A stretch of DNA of 60,104 nucleotides, counting the filler, from Sphacelaria rigidula (lineage: Eukaryota), in assembly GCA_964200075.2 (NCBI GenBank). It is 6 parts of 6 records of this genome, joined end to end, with 100 filler letters (N's around TTAATTAATTAA, not from the genome) between each part and the next. Parts side by side here need not be neighbours in the genome. Positions count along the whole stretch, not along the records: positions 10,036 to 19,970 come from CAXNAA020007458.1; positions 20,071 to 30,004 come from CAXNAA020007459.1; 4 more parts are not named here. The stretch is one strand, 5' to 3'. A program made the translations under genes and the position numbers. Of this stretch, positions 12,428-24,824 are shown in pieces. Position 1 is the stretch's first letter. Every line of letters starts with the position of its first letter. Under the pieces are notes generated by a model. The model did not search any database and had not been told where the DNA came from. It saw nothing but the letters and a program-made list of their open reading frames with translations.

Positions 12428-13396
12428 TTACAGTTGCCTGACGCCAAAATTTTCGCCAGCGGCGGTCCCCGTTGCGCTTCCCTTCCAACGCCTACGTCTG
12501 ATTGCCTTACTTGTCAGGGCCTAATATTTGGTCAACGTACTATCTAAGGTTGAACAGCATAGCATGATACAAATTTGAAATCTGTCACTTCAACAGTGGT
12601 GTTTGACTTGAATCTATTTTATTTACCAGAATAACACACCAACCTGCAACTGCAATTCTCTTCTGATGCAACATCTCCGGTCATGATGACGCCGAAACCA
12701 GTAGTGCTGTGCAATATTGAGGCTGCCATGTCCTTTACAAATTCCGAGTAAACGGGAGGTACAGTAAAACGTGCACCGTACAGTCCAACAGCCAGGACAG
12801 GCAGCACAACAGTGAACATATTTGCGACATACTTCGCGACTCTGTGCTGATCATGTGCTTCATGTGCTTCCCGCCAGTTCAAAATGTGAAAATGGGTTGC
12901 TTTTGAACTGTGTTTCGAAACAAGGCATACTAGTAATCTTACCTTGTCGTATGCTGGATCCTACTCAAAACAATAAGCTTCTTCGTAAGTTCATACCACA
13001 GACGCCGGCACCAGCTAGGCTCCTGTCTAAGCCTTATGCCCCCGTCTGCACTGTCTCGACGTGGTACTGCACTGCATTGTACGGTGGAGCGAGGGAAGAT
13101 GACATGACAAGGGTGCTTCCTGTCATCTTCCTTCGTGTTCGAGTTATTTTCCACGAGTCTGAAAACTGAAAAAGCAAGCAGCAGAAGGGTACATGTTCAT
13201 TGGACAATTTGGGGTATAACCAACCATGCATTTTCATTCGTCAACAAGAATGACTCCGTGGTGCTCATCTCATACATTACAGGCCATTTCCCTGTTTCAG
13301 CGCCCACTCGAAAGAGAGAAACGCATAGACCTTCAAGACTGGACTTTGAACGCACGGCCGACAGTCAACACTCGAAAAGACCATAGCAGCACACAG

Positions 13397-16300
13397 ATGT
13401 CTTCCTTGAGGCATCTTCGCCGAGGTCAGCAGGCGGCCTCCCTCAAAAGGCCCCTAAACTTGGTGGCCAACGGCGGTCGGGTAAGCAAACGAATATCCCC
13501 AGCTGCGTGTTCTTGTTGCTCTTCGGAGACAGTACGATTAACAACTCCGCTTCACTTCAGAAGGGGTGGCGTGGACTTTTAGGGTCTGGCCGGGTGGCGA
13601 AGTAGGGCGCGCGCGCGAAGGCTTCCGTCTTTGTGCCCGTTCCTTTTCCCCCATATACGCTGTCGGGGCTCATTCAATCATGTTTCTGCAAGGTCGTCGG
13701 TAGGTGCTGTCTTTGATTCTCCCCGGCGCAATCGCACCGGCTACCTCCCCCCCCACCGGTTTCGTGGAGACATTCGCGAAGAGAGATCGGCACACGCACC
13801 AAGAGAAACGGCGATATCCGTTTCGTATTATGGTTGAGGTGTACAGGTGGACACCGCGCGCGTTTATCTTGGTTGTACGTAGAAGCCTGCCGCCCGATAA
13901 CGTGTGCATTTGCCCTAATGAAACTAAGCCTGAAGATGGTAAGCCAGAAGAGTCCGTTGCCGTGGGTCCAATCTTCCACAGGCAGCATAATGCAACGGCT
14001 GAGGTTGGGGCGTGCACATCGGCGTTGCAGATATTATAGCAGCAGCAGCAGCAGTAGTACAACGACCACAGCGGTAGGGTTGAAATGAACAGCTGGCCTG
14101 GTTGAACCCCCCTCGAACAAATGGCTTCACCCGTGTACAGACAGTATGGTAGGGCGCTCGAGATTCTGAATCTAACTCTCTTTGCTATACAGGAGTGTGC
14201 ATCTTGCCTTGTTGACGTCCTCTAAGCACGAAGGTACTCGAGATCTCTCCACTGTCTCTGTGCCGTAGGCCGATGGTGGTTGCCGGTGACAAAAAATATT
14301 CGTGCAATGTGAGCCCGCAAATGATACCTTCATCAAAATACTGTCTGTGGCATGTTCGCGCTTCCTCGTCCGCGACCACAGCAAACCACAAGTTTGTCAA
14401 ACAGCGACGGCAGCACCAGCGGCGGCAGCGACTGGGAGAGTCAGCCAGCCACCACTGTAGCCAACACCAACAGCTTAAACACCAGCACCACCAGGTCGCT
14501 CTTGACGAGCGCCTTTGCAGATAACAAAGGCACGTCTGCCTCTACCTCTCCAATACCAGGGGCAGACCATAGCAGCACTTCTAGTCGGGCAATGTCATCC
14601 ACAGCGATGGCGCAACAACACCCCGCCGGCGGCGGTGGAGGTGTTGGCGGAGGCAGCGGTAGTTGCCCTTCGCTGCTCTACACAACCGCTGGCACCAACA
14701 ATATCCACGACAGCAACAATATCTATGGGAGTATCTACTACCCCACCGCTGCTGCTGTGGGAGGGTCTCACGCTGCCATCATGTCGCATATCCAGACAAC
14801 GTCGGCATCTTCGGCGGCGGCTCATTTTCTCCCCCGAAGGCGGTCCGACACCATCGGAACCAACAAAAACGTTCACGACCACTTTTTTTCAAATCAAAAC
14901 CAACGCCGCCAGGCATTTTCCTCTCTTGCAGAGGAGGACTCTGACGGAGACATGACAGACACCGAGGGATCAATGACGGATGAAAGCGATGATGACACGG
15001 TGGGTGGCGGGGGCGGCGGGGGCGCGAGTAGTGGTCGACACGGTAATCGTGGAAGGGGTTCAACTAGGCAGGCGCAGGGACAGCACCCGCAGTATCAGAA
15101 GTTGGGAGAGGAGGATCATGAAGCAGTACTGCAGTCATTGGCTGCGCAGCAGGAGACCCCGCTATCGCTGCTGGATATTCATGCATTCGGGAAAAGCTCT
15201 AGCCCCGCGGCGAGAATTGCCCAGGCGCGATTCCTGCATCGAGAGGTAAAACGGTACCGCCGACCGGCACTACTTCTGATTTTACGCACGAAAGTACGTA
15301 TTGAATGAAACATGTTCAAGACTTACCGTAGTCGCTCTATTTTTGAGTGATGAGGTTACCAGTAGATATTTTGGACAACAGGGGGTGACCTCCACCCACA
15401 GAAGATAGTATAACGAGGTTCTGACTTGAACACCGTGAGGGGGTATCAAGGGATTTCCGGTTATTTCCCGCGTTGAACGACAACTCGAGGGATCCGTTCT
15501 CAGTTGTATTGATGGCATCGGCGCTTTTTTGTTTTTGTTTCGGACTGTGGAATGTTTTTTAGACTTCGAGCTCGACTCTTTGAAGTCGGGAACAGAGGAA
15601 TGTCGCCTAGAATCATAAACCAAAACCTCCACCGTTCAGAGTGGCGCCATGGCAAACCCTACCTTCTGTTCTGTCGTATTCGAGCGCCCGGGGTTTCGGC
15701 GAATTTCGAATGGCGTACCCGGCGGATCGAGGCAGTACTCGCTTGAACTCAAACCGACACATGGCGTCACGGTTCAAGTGCGTACATTCACGCACAAAGG
15801 ACCCTCTTCTGTACGTAGTGTAATTGTCTCCGCCCATGCTCATGTTGCCCCAGGCGAGACATCACATGCAGTGCATGTACAGTAGAAGATCGGGGAGAGA
15901 TAGCTGCGTCCGGAGGGAGACTCCCATGTTCTACTGAGCGCTACAGTAGCAGATCCGAGTCTGGGCTGTTGATTGCTCACTGTTGTGCGGATGGTCTATA
16001 ATACGGTTACACGATTGTTCTCGAAGCATATATGTGTCTAGCTGCCAGTGTTCATCCGCAACAAGAGGGTGCTGTTATCGTTCCGATGTGATGATTAGTT
16101 GGCCTGTTGAAAAGAGGTGCCCTATGATAGACGCCACTCGAGTGCTTGCACCCACTCGTACGATCGACGCGCGGAGCCAAAAGAGCAAAAAAAACATTAT
16201 GCAGCAAAGCACTCGCTGCAGCTCTAGACGCACTTCGTTACGTGCGTGAGCCGAAGCGGGGTCTGAAAATTGGTGCAGGCGTTTTTCTGCTCCCTCTCCT

Positions 16301-19300
16301 TATTTCTGTGTTGAACTTTTTGATGTTACGTGCTCCGAGGGCGTGTTTGGCGCTTGGCAGATCGTCCTCCCCTCATTTTCCAAGTATTATGACCCGTGAC
16401 TGTAAGTCAGCGCCGCGCAAGTTTGTCGCAGCGGAAGCCAACTGGCGCTTGGGGTCTTATTTTCCGAGAGAATGGATCCCGCACACAACAGACGGAAAAC
16501 AGGCGATATGGAACGAGTTTTGATACCGCACGATAGCCATAACCATGGTATCGTTCGTCGGTGGTACGTCATTCGATGTAGGCACGCCACGGGCTCTGAC
16601 ACGTCTCGTCTTCACATTATAGTCAAGTAAAAAGTAGTACGGGTTCGGTGCGTGGGGTATGATGTGTATCCTGGTCCCAAAGTGTATACTCCCCGTACTT
16701 ACATATGGTCGGAAGTTCCTTTACCCCAGTGTGGAAACGCGGAGAGTGTTGGTGAGTGCTGTACATGCCACACCGGAAGCTTCGGGTGCTGTTTCAGGAT
16801 CTAGGATTTCACGTCCTGAAGTCTGCCATTCTACGTTGCGGTATCCGTCGCTCGGCCTGTCTCATCTCTGCGTCGGTGTGCATGCGCTGCAGGTCCCTAT
16901 TCGCTTCGCGAGGAGAGTGCTGGAGTTGCGAAATCTACCGTATGGACTGTCGGACACCGCTCCCGTGGCCGAGGCAGCCGGGTGAGGATTGTTTGCCTGG
17001 CTGCCTGAGCCGACTTGACTCAATGCCGGTTGTCGTTTGTATCGATCATGAACCCTTTTCAACTGTCTTGGAACTTTTGCTTGGTGGAAGTTTGTACAAA
17101 TATGATTGTAATCGTTTGGTTTATGTTCTGTTTTTGGAGAAGGGGTAGACAAGAGAGACAAAATCGGTGCTGGATGTGATGATCATGAGACATATGTCTT
17201 TTTTTTCCTTTTTTTTTCTCTCGTTTCTCTTGTCTCGCAGGTTGAAGATTAAAGGTGTTGAACTGTCTCGAACTTTATCCTCCCCGTGATGCATGTATTC
17301 TAAGAAGTATCGTCAAGAATGTAGGCAGGTTCCCCTCCCCCGCAAGCATGATCATGAGTACACCCCCCTTCCCCCCCCTGACCGTTTCAGGATGAGGGGT
17401 GTGTATGAGACTGATGAAACAAACCAGGGTTCACACCGTGGTATCGTTTGACGGAGGATTGGTAAATTGGTTCACGGTATAACTCGCGAGAATGTCACCG
17501 TTCGTACGAGCGTTGATCGAATGGACTGGCTTCTGTCGTTTCTAGATCGCGAGATCCCGGATTTTCTGAAGCAACGTGCCTCTCAATGTCGCGTAGCGTC
17601 GGTATGTTCTGAGGGCAGATACGATGACGTCACGAAAAGGTATGCACGAGATAGTCTCGAACTAGCACATGACTACTCGTACGGTATATTTATTCGCGAA
17701 CACGTCCTGTCGAACATAGGAACTGAGCCTCTGTGAAAGCAGTCGTGGTGACGAGATGAAAACATCCAAGGTGAGTATAATCGGTAAAAAAACTCGCTGA
17801 AGGACACCGGAAAAAAATACTACAGCACAACAATACTCCGGTGGGGTGCGTCACCTACATAAATGTGTGCCGCAGAGCCACACGGGACTAAATGTATAGA
17901 AAATATACAGGTGGCGCTGATTTATGTTGTATGGAACTTAGATTCCGCGGTGCTGGTTTTTGCGGTTTACCACAAACCATGGTTTTTGCAGTTTACGCAA
18001 AGATGAACATACTTGAGCTGTTGCGTCCCCTCATGCGATAAAAGTAATCCGACTGCACTAGGGCGACTTATTTGGTGTTACCATGACGTCTGCCGGTGGA
18101 TTCTTCTGTGGCCTCCCGCCGTAAAAATGGTTGTTGTCGGTATTTTCTTTTTCCATATTTACTTCTTTGTCAGCGCTTGAAATAATGAGGCGTCTGGACC
18201 GGGGACGGGAGGGGAGGGTTCCCGAAGGGTTGATATCTAGTGGCGGTCGTGGAGAAAAAAAAAAGTGGGAAGGCTTATGTCGCGGGGTTTCAGGTATGAA
18301 ATCTGTACAAGAACTAAGCAGGGCAATGGAAGCAGGTTAAGACTCCCATGTACACGGACCACACGGCTCAAGTATCTGAAGACCACTGCTTGGGTAAGAA
18401 CTCTTCCCCAGTAGCCGTTCAGGAGCGAGACAAGCACTGGTACGGAATGAAGAAAAGAAAGACAGACTGAGTTTGCAGCGAGACATAATTCACTTTGTAA
18501 CTACCAATCAGGTCGCCCCATTCTTGTTGGGGGTTGCCAGGAGAGTGGTATAAAACCTAGTGTGGTGTGGTGTACTCTCATGACCAATGACGCCCGAACT
18601 CACAAGTTCCAACACAACACAATGCAGTATTAATAGTATAGAACAGCACACTAAACACAGCTACAGTTGTACAGTACAGTACACGGCCCCAACGCACAGC
18701 ACCGGGAGTGTCGCAGCAGCGGACAGCGCCTTGTTCGTTTTACGGAAGACGGAACAGCCACAGCACTGCGTGCCGAATACTCGCAACATGGTTTTTCTGC
18801 AGAGACAACACAACGACAATATCGCGGCTCAGGCAATCCAAACCGTCTTCGTAATGCGTAAACACACCACAACAGGACAGACAGTGGAAGCTCCTCCAAC
18901 ACATGAGAGAGGGTGTGGGTGTGTTGTTGCTGCAGTACGGTAGTGAAACAGGACATGTCCCATGTTTTAGTCCTCCGCCTGGTTTTGGACAGGTGCTCAA
19001 TTTTGGGCGAGTGCCGAGTTCGAACGCTCAGCCGTAGTCGCGCTTCTTTCAATTTACTTTGGGTTACCCTCATCTGTGTGTGGGACGTCCGCCTTGTGAT
19101 GCGGGCTTCGGCCGCTAATTCAGTTAGGTGAATTCTGTCCCGGTTTATCTTCAGCTTGCCGAAAAAAACAAGGACGAGAGCTGGCTCCCCTCCTCGCCCA
19201 CGAAAAAGCAAGGAACAGTAGAACGTGCTTGTGAAACGTCCATGCGTATTTTAGCAACCGTGCTGTGTCGCTCCTGCACTCTATTCGACTTAACACGTAC

Positions 19301-19582
19301 AATATCCGGATTCTGCTGTCCTCGGTTCCTCGAGTCATTTTACCCCCCTCATCGTCGCCCCCCCCCCCTCTTTTCACCGCTAACATCACCACCACTCACT
19401 CTGCAACACATATATACACGGTTCAGGTGGTACGCTCTGGTCGTGCGTCAACTGCTGAATTGTCCAGTGCCGGAGGGGCTAGAGGGCGAGGAGGAGTTTT
19501 CGTCATTTTTGTCTTCTCTGCTCAGCGACCACACTGGCGTACCGCAGGCGCTCAGCCGTGGCGTCCTGGAGCTTCGGGAGCG
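13397..19582 (+). CDS. PDK: Mitochondrial-type pyruvate/branched-chain alpha-ketoacid dehydrogenase kinase family protein, 5' part
   Basis: Exons 13397-13480 (MSSLRHLRRGQQAASLKR..., presequence-like), 14382-15245 (...ETPLSLLDIHAFG...ARFLHRE), 16893-16981 (VPIRFARRVLELRNLPYGL) and 19427-19582 (WY...EEEFSSFL...DHTGVPQALSRGVLELRE). Phases 0,0,2 are consistent. Matches the PDK/BCKDK N-terminal regulatory domain. The ATPase domain is off-contig. Confidence 0.88.
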
Positions 19583-19970
19583 GTAGGTTTGCGAGCTTTT
19601 TCAGCAGGCAGATTATCCTGCATTTCCGTACCGATATGTGATATGTCGCTCTTGCCCCAACATGACATGCATTTCATACTGTTGCACTTGTGCGAGGATG
19701 CCAGGACAGCCGCCGGGGTAGGGCTCACGCGTGCTCGTCGTACGAGTACACTTGCGAAACAGGTTCAACACATGGAACCTGAGTAGTTGTTTGTTCGGTC
19801 GAGTATCATACTATCTTGTGGTCATCTATGCTGCCTTGAAAACATGTTTTCACTGTTTCACTGTTGAATGTGCGAATCGGGGGGGGGCGGGGGGGGGGGG
19901 GGGGGGGGTGTGCCTCCGAAAGGGTGCGGGTGGTTGTAAGACAATAAACAACTTTTTTTTTTTTTTTTTT

Positions 19971-20070
19971 NNNNNNNNNNNNNNNNNNNNNNNNNNNNNN
20001 NNNNNNNNNNNNNNTTAATTAATTAANNNNNNNNNNNNNNNNNNNNNNNNNNNNNNNNNNNNNNNNNNNN
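19971..20070. other. Artificial contig spacer
   Basis: N run with central TTAATTAATTAA. Confidence 0.99.
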
Positions 20071-20616
20071 CCCCGTCAGATTATTGAAACCCCTGCACTG
20101 TTGGCCGGTGAAACTGTTGGGGAACAATGCTGGAGGTCAAATGGTTGACCTATTGACCCCCAAGTGGGGTACGATCTGGATTGGTTTGATCTAGCGAGAA
20201 TATCCTACAGGGGGCATCTGGGACTGTATAGTTGTAGAATCCCTGACGACCGGTTAGTCCCTAGAACAGATCCACGTTCTTCCAGGCCAAGTTCTCGCTT
20301 GCTCAATTCTGTTTATGACTTTTATCGAGAGTATGTCATGTACGACAAACACCTCCCCAACATCGTATTGCGTGGAGTAACAGTCCGAGGGAACACAAAG
20401 GCGAGCCAATCAGCAGGGTGTTGAAAAAAATCAAATTCCCGGCGTCGGTGGTATCCACAGTGTCGATGCAGACGGGGACCTCAGCGACTTCCGCTGCTGC
20501 AGCTGTGACTGTGGCACCTTCCTCCAATACCAATCTACACATTCTCAAGTTTTGGCGTAATCTGAAGCGAGGTGCGGATTTTCTTCACGCCTAAGCTTCC
20601 AAAACACTGACTGTGA

Positions 20617-21638
20617 CCCTTGGACAGCGAGAGGGAACTGTCTGTTATATATCGACATCGATTTCACCTGACAAAAGTATGCATGATCCGGATAGACTAC
20701 CCTCCAAGCGTCAATATCAACTTTTATGGCAGCCACCAATCTCAATCTGTACCCATTTTATGGATCCCAATGTAGACCAAATCGGGGAAGCGAAAATCGC
20801 AATGTCACGATTTGACAAAGCTGAGGTCCCCCCGATTTTGACGAAGGTGATGCACGTACATTGACGTACGATGAGAGGGTAGGAGACGTTTGATATTTTT
20901 GCAACCGCAGCAGAAGACAATTTCGTGACAGCGCAGGGCGTGCCTGCTGAAGGCGCTTCGCACGGGGTTTGACAGACGGATAATAAGTGTTGACGCCGTA
21001 CCCTGCGTCGATGGTGGAATTTTATTTCTGGACTGCGCTGCCGTATGTAAAATATCACGATAACCGTCCCCATGGAACTGACTTATGCAAATATGAGTCC
21101 GCCCGATTCTGCACAGATTGGGGGCTCCACAGATTCGAGATCCGTTCCGATAAATGTTTGTCCGACCCTTTGACCCCTGCTGTGCGTCATCTGTTGAATC
21201 GGCATCGATCTCAGTTGAAACACGGATACATTACCCGAGTGACCTACCCTCATGGTCAAGGGGTTATAACCCTTTGATCGCCAGCGCAGGACATCTGTTG
21301 AATCGGCCCCGATTTTCACTGGTAAAATCAGTCCATGACCCAGATAACCTACTCTCGCGGTGAAGAGGGTCAAAACCGCTCAGGGGTTCTCCGACACTGT
21401 TCTCACTATAGATGCCCAACATCCACGTGTTAATGTAGAATTACGGTCTGTGTAGCGAGAAAAGAGCTGTACAGTAGTGGACCCCAAGTGTTGCATAGCC
21501 CATCTCAGTTCACCTGCAGGGGGATCGCTGTCCAAGGGGGATCGCGGTAGGGTAGTTATGAATGGTATCACTTTCACTCGGAAAATAAATGCAAAACGAT
21601 GCCGATTCAGTAATGGACCACCGGTCACAGTCAAAGGG
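20617..21638. mobile_element. Cluster of four piggyBac-like MITE copies
   Basis: Copies at 20617-~20710, 21166-21263, 21270-21369 (tandem with the previous one, separated by TTATAA) and ~21541-21638 (opposite orientation). They share CCCTTTGA starts, catctgttgaatcggcatcgat-like cores and AGGG-TCAA-type ends. Confidence 0.7.
20955..21042 (+). repeat. Dispersed repeat shared with ~35787-35873
   Basis: gcacggggtttgac...gtgttgacgccgtaccctg...ctgcgct is present on contigs 3 and 4. Confidence 0.7.
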
Positions 21639-22601
21639 TCAACAATCGCTTTTCGTGAGCGATGGATGCCCCGCCCGCTTGCGTCCTAACCCGTGTGGTC
21701 CTTGGTGGGTTGCTTTGCCCTGACGTGGAGATCGCGCACACTTCTGTTGGGGCTGCTAGCTTCACCGATATCCACAGATATCGACTTGGAATTTGTTGCA
21801 CATATGCGTTGAGGACCCTCTGCAGCTCGCTCACCCGCCCCTTCCTACCGTCATCCCCCTTCGTCCCTCCCTCCCCAACATTTTTCATAATGCGAAAGGC
21901 GTTTCGCGAATAGCAGATGAGGGACCTTGACATACCCAAAACGTGTGCTAGGGGTGGATAGGACTGCCAGACAGACATTTTCACTCACCGAGAATCGGAG
22001 CAATCGGGTGTTCGTAAGTGGGGCGAAAAAAAATGATTTCAAGCGGAGGATAAATACAGGCTGGTTCACGCTCATCACCCAAAATTGTATCATCCAGCAA
22101 ATGCCTTTCTCAATACCAACCCAAAGGTCGCATACATGATATCATTCTCACCGTCACGGACACCTGAAGAGAGTGACATGGCCGAATTTGTGTCCAAGGC
22201 CATAGTGGTGGCCGTGAGGGCGAAAAGTTACCTCAATCAATCAACGCCCTTCAAATTGTTCTGAAATCACAAACACGAATTCCAAGGCCAATTTTCACTC
22301 AATCTATACTTGCTTCAAATCGTAGTAACTGCCATTTGCTCGGGAATCTAACGGAAGAAACATATACGGGAACGGCTACTGCGGGGTCGAATCATACCCG
22401 AAACCGTAGTGTTTCGGTGGTGTGGGGTTTTGGCGCATGGTACTCGTGGTCTGATTTCCACTGATTACACCTTGAAAAACTCAGGGAGCCTCGTGACGAT
22501 TTCCTCCATGTCTGTCGTAAAAAAGCTCAGATCGTCCTCAAACTTGACAGTTTGTCAGGTGTTGATGCTTCAACCGAAGAAAATGTATTTGTTCACTTGT
22601 A

Positions 22602-23022
22602 CGGATTGTTCACTTTTGGGACGTTTGATCCCCCACTTTTTTACCCCGAAACAGGGAAAATCGCCAACGCACGTCTCGGACACTATGCACATCACCCCAC
22701 AAAGAGGAGGCCAGCCTACTTCTCAGATTCGCTTGGCCCCGAGGTTTCGAGATTGGCCGCTGAACAAAAATCCGTGTGCAATAATCTGCGCTTGCCTACA
22801 TCCGGCAGTTTGCCCAATAATCTCTGGAGATCGCTGTAGATGTTATTGCACACTGATTATTGTCCAGCGGCCATTCTCGAAACCTTGGAGCCAAGCGAAT
22901 CTGAAAAGTGGGCTAGGCTCCTCTCTGTGGGATGATGCGCAAAGTGTCCGAGACGTTTGTTGGCAATTTTCCCTGTATGAGGGTCAAAACATGGGTCAAA
23001 CGTCCCAAAAGTGAACAATCCG
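22602..23022. mobile_element. 421-bp fold-back MITE with TA flanks (Tc1/mariner-like)
   Basis: ~180-bp inverted arms starting CGGATTGTTCACTTTTGGGACGTTTGA and ending TCAAACGTCCCAAAAGTGAACAATCCG, with TA on both sides (22600-22601, 23023-23024). Confidence 0.85.
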
Positions 23023-23259
23023 TAAGCCAACAATCTGCGTGCCACGACATCCGACATTCAACTCGCAAAAGTGGCGTGAAGTTTTGCGTGTGAGTGTTTT
23101 AGATTGACAGGCGTGGACCAGCCTGTAGTGTGCGTGCTGTACTGTGACAACCCTGACTTTCGCAATCCTGCTGAAATTTCGGAAATCACGATAGTTTCAC
23201 CTCCTGCCCGGTACGCCCCCCCCCTCACCCCCACCGCCCGACGTCCAAAACCAGCAGGC

Positions 23260-24793
23260 ATGCCACATACCGCGAATAACATGTTTGCCCCGCGCATGCC
23301 GGGACTCCAAGCGATGGGGAGCGGCCTTCAAGGGCTCAGTTTTGCAGCGCCATTTAATACATCTGCCGCACTTGGCTGGCCCATGACCAATCCGCCCGCT
23401 GCCCCCGCTAGTCACGGGCTCCCCCAGGGGCAGGCGGCACAACATGCAGCGCAGGCTGCTGCTGCGCATCAGGGGTTGATGCCTCTGGGTGCCATGGGCA
23501 TGGGTGCACATCCGGGATTTGTTGGCCATCCCGCACAGGTGCGCTGTCCAGGACACCATGCATTGGAGAGCGTGCTGGGGGGGCGGGCGGGCGGGCGGGC
23601 GCGGCGGGGATCTCATCTTATCGTCGAGTGACTTGTCGAATTTGTATCCATGAGCCTGTAGCACGGCCACCGCACGGTTCACTCACGTGATGTTTATCCA
23701 ACCTTGTCTTCCAAGACCCTTATGGGGTATAACGACGTGCAACCTTACCCAAATCTCCCTCTGCCCCGATCTGCGCCCCCGTTCCCGTTCCCATCCCGTC
23801 GGGGAAACAAATATTATACACGGCTTCATGTCGATCTCGACACCCCCCCACCCCCCCAGAGGTTTTTCCCACAAATAGGCATGCCGATGGGTATGACAAT
23901 ACCTATGGGTGGACTGGGGCCTGCACCTGCAGGGCCGCAATTGCCGGGGGTATCCCCTGGAATGGGGGCGGCGACGGGGGCGGGGGGGACGCTAGCAGCA
24001 TCTCAGGGCTCGCTAGCAGCGGCAGCGGCAGCAACAGTCGCGGCGGGAGCGGGGGGGTTGCGACCGGCTGGGGCGGGGGCATCGATTGATGTGATTGACT
24101 TCGCGCAGGAGGCGAATAAGCGACGACGGATGGAAGAGGTAGAGCTAGAGAAGAAGTTTCAGGAGCAGATCGTCAGACGTCGGTACGTCGTGTACGGCTA
24201 CGGCTGTCGTTGAATGGGTGTCAATTTTGTCATACAGGTGCCGATGCGACTGTTTTTGAGCACCCTGGTGGTCGTGGACAAGTGCTTGAAATTCCCGTGG
24301 TGATGATGGCATTGGCACGGTTGAAATTCCTGTATTAGTGTCATTGGTGTTGTGGTTATAATTCCTGCAGTGGTGACTTTGACATCTTGGTTGGAATTCC
24401 TGCGGTGATGGTGGCACTGTCACGGCGCGCAGGTTAGGATCAGCTCCCTGTTGGGTCATCTCTGAGCGCACAAACAAGACGTCCACCGATTCTCAGCGCT
24501 GGATCGCGCGCACGTACTCACAGATGTGGACTCGTACTTGAATATTTTTTTCATTCCTCGTTCGTCCTTGTATTTCAACAACGAGCCATCATCAAGGCAC
24601 GCAATCGCTGTGCGGTTGAATTACTCTCGAGCGTGTACTGGAGCATTTCTTGGACGCTGGATACATTTTCTGTCCACCAATTTGTGCACTTGATCTATAC
24701 ATACGGCCGCCTCTGCTCATCGTTTCGCAGAGGTACGACGGGCGTTCGTGTCTCCTGCTGTTCTGTTCTCTTGTCCACCTGCTGTGCACGTCA

Positions 24794-24824
<31 letters not shown>

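Noticed and set aside
12619..12882. 87-aa ORF with a hydrophobic segment
   Set aside because: No recognisable family, no convincing splice sites and no partner exons.
2013..21634. Apparent small protein family with DPLT...HLLNRH...YPH in ORFs 2013-2471, 20987-21277, 21154-21363 and 21380-21634
   Set aside because: The shared peptide is the translation of the ~100-bp MITE. Copies are frameshifted, intronic or in either orientation.
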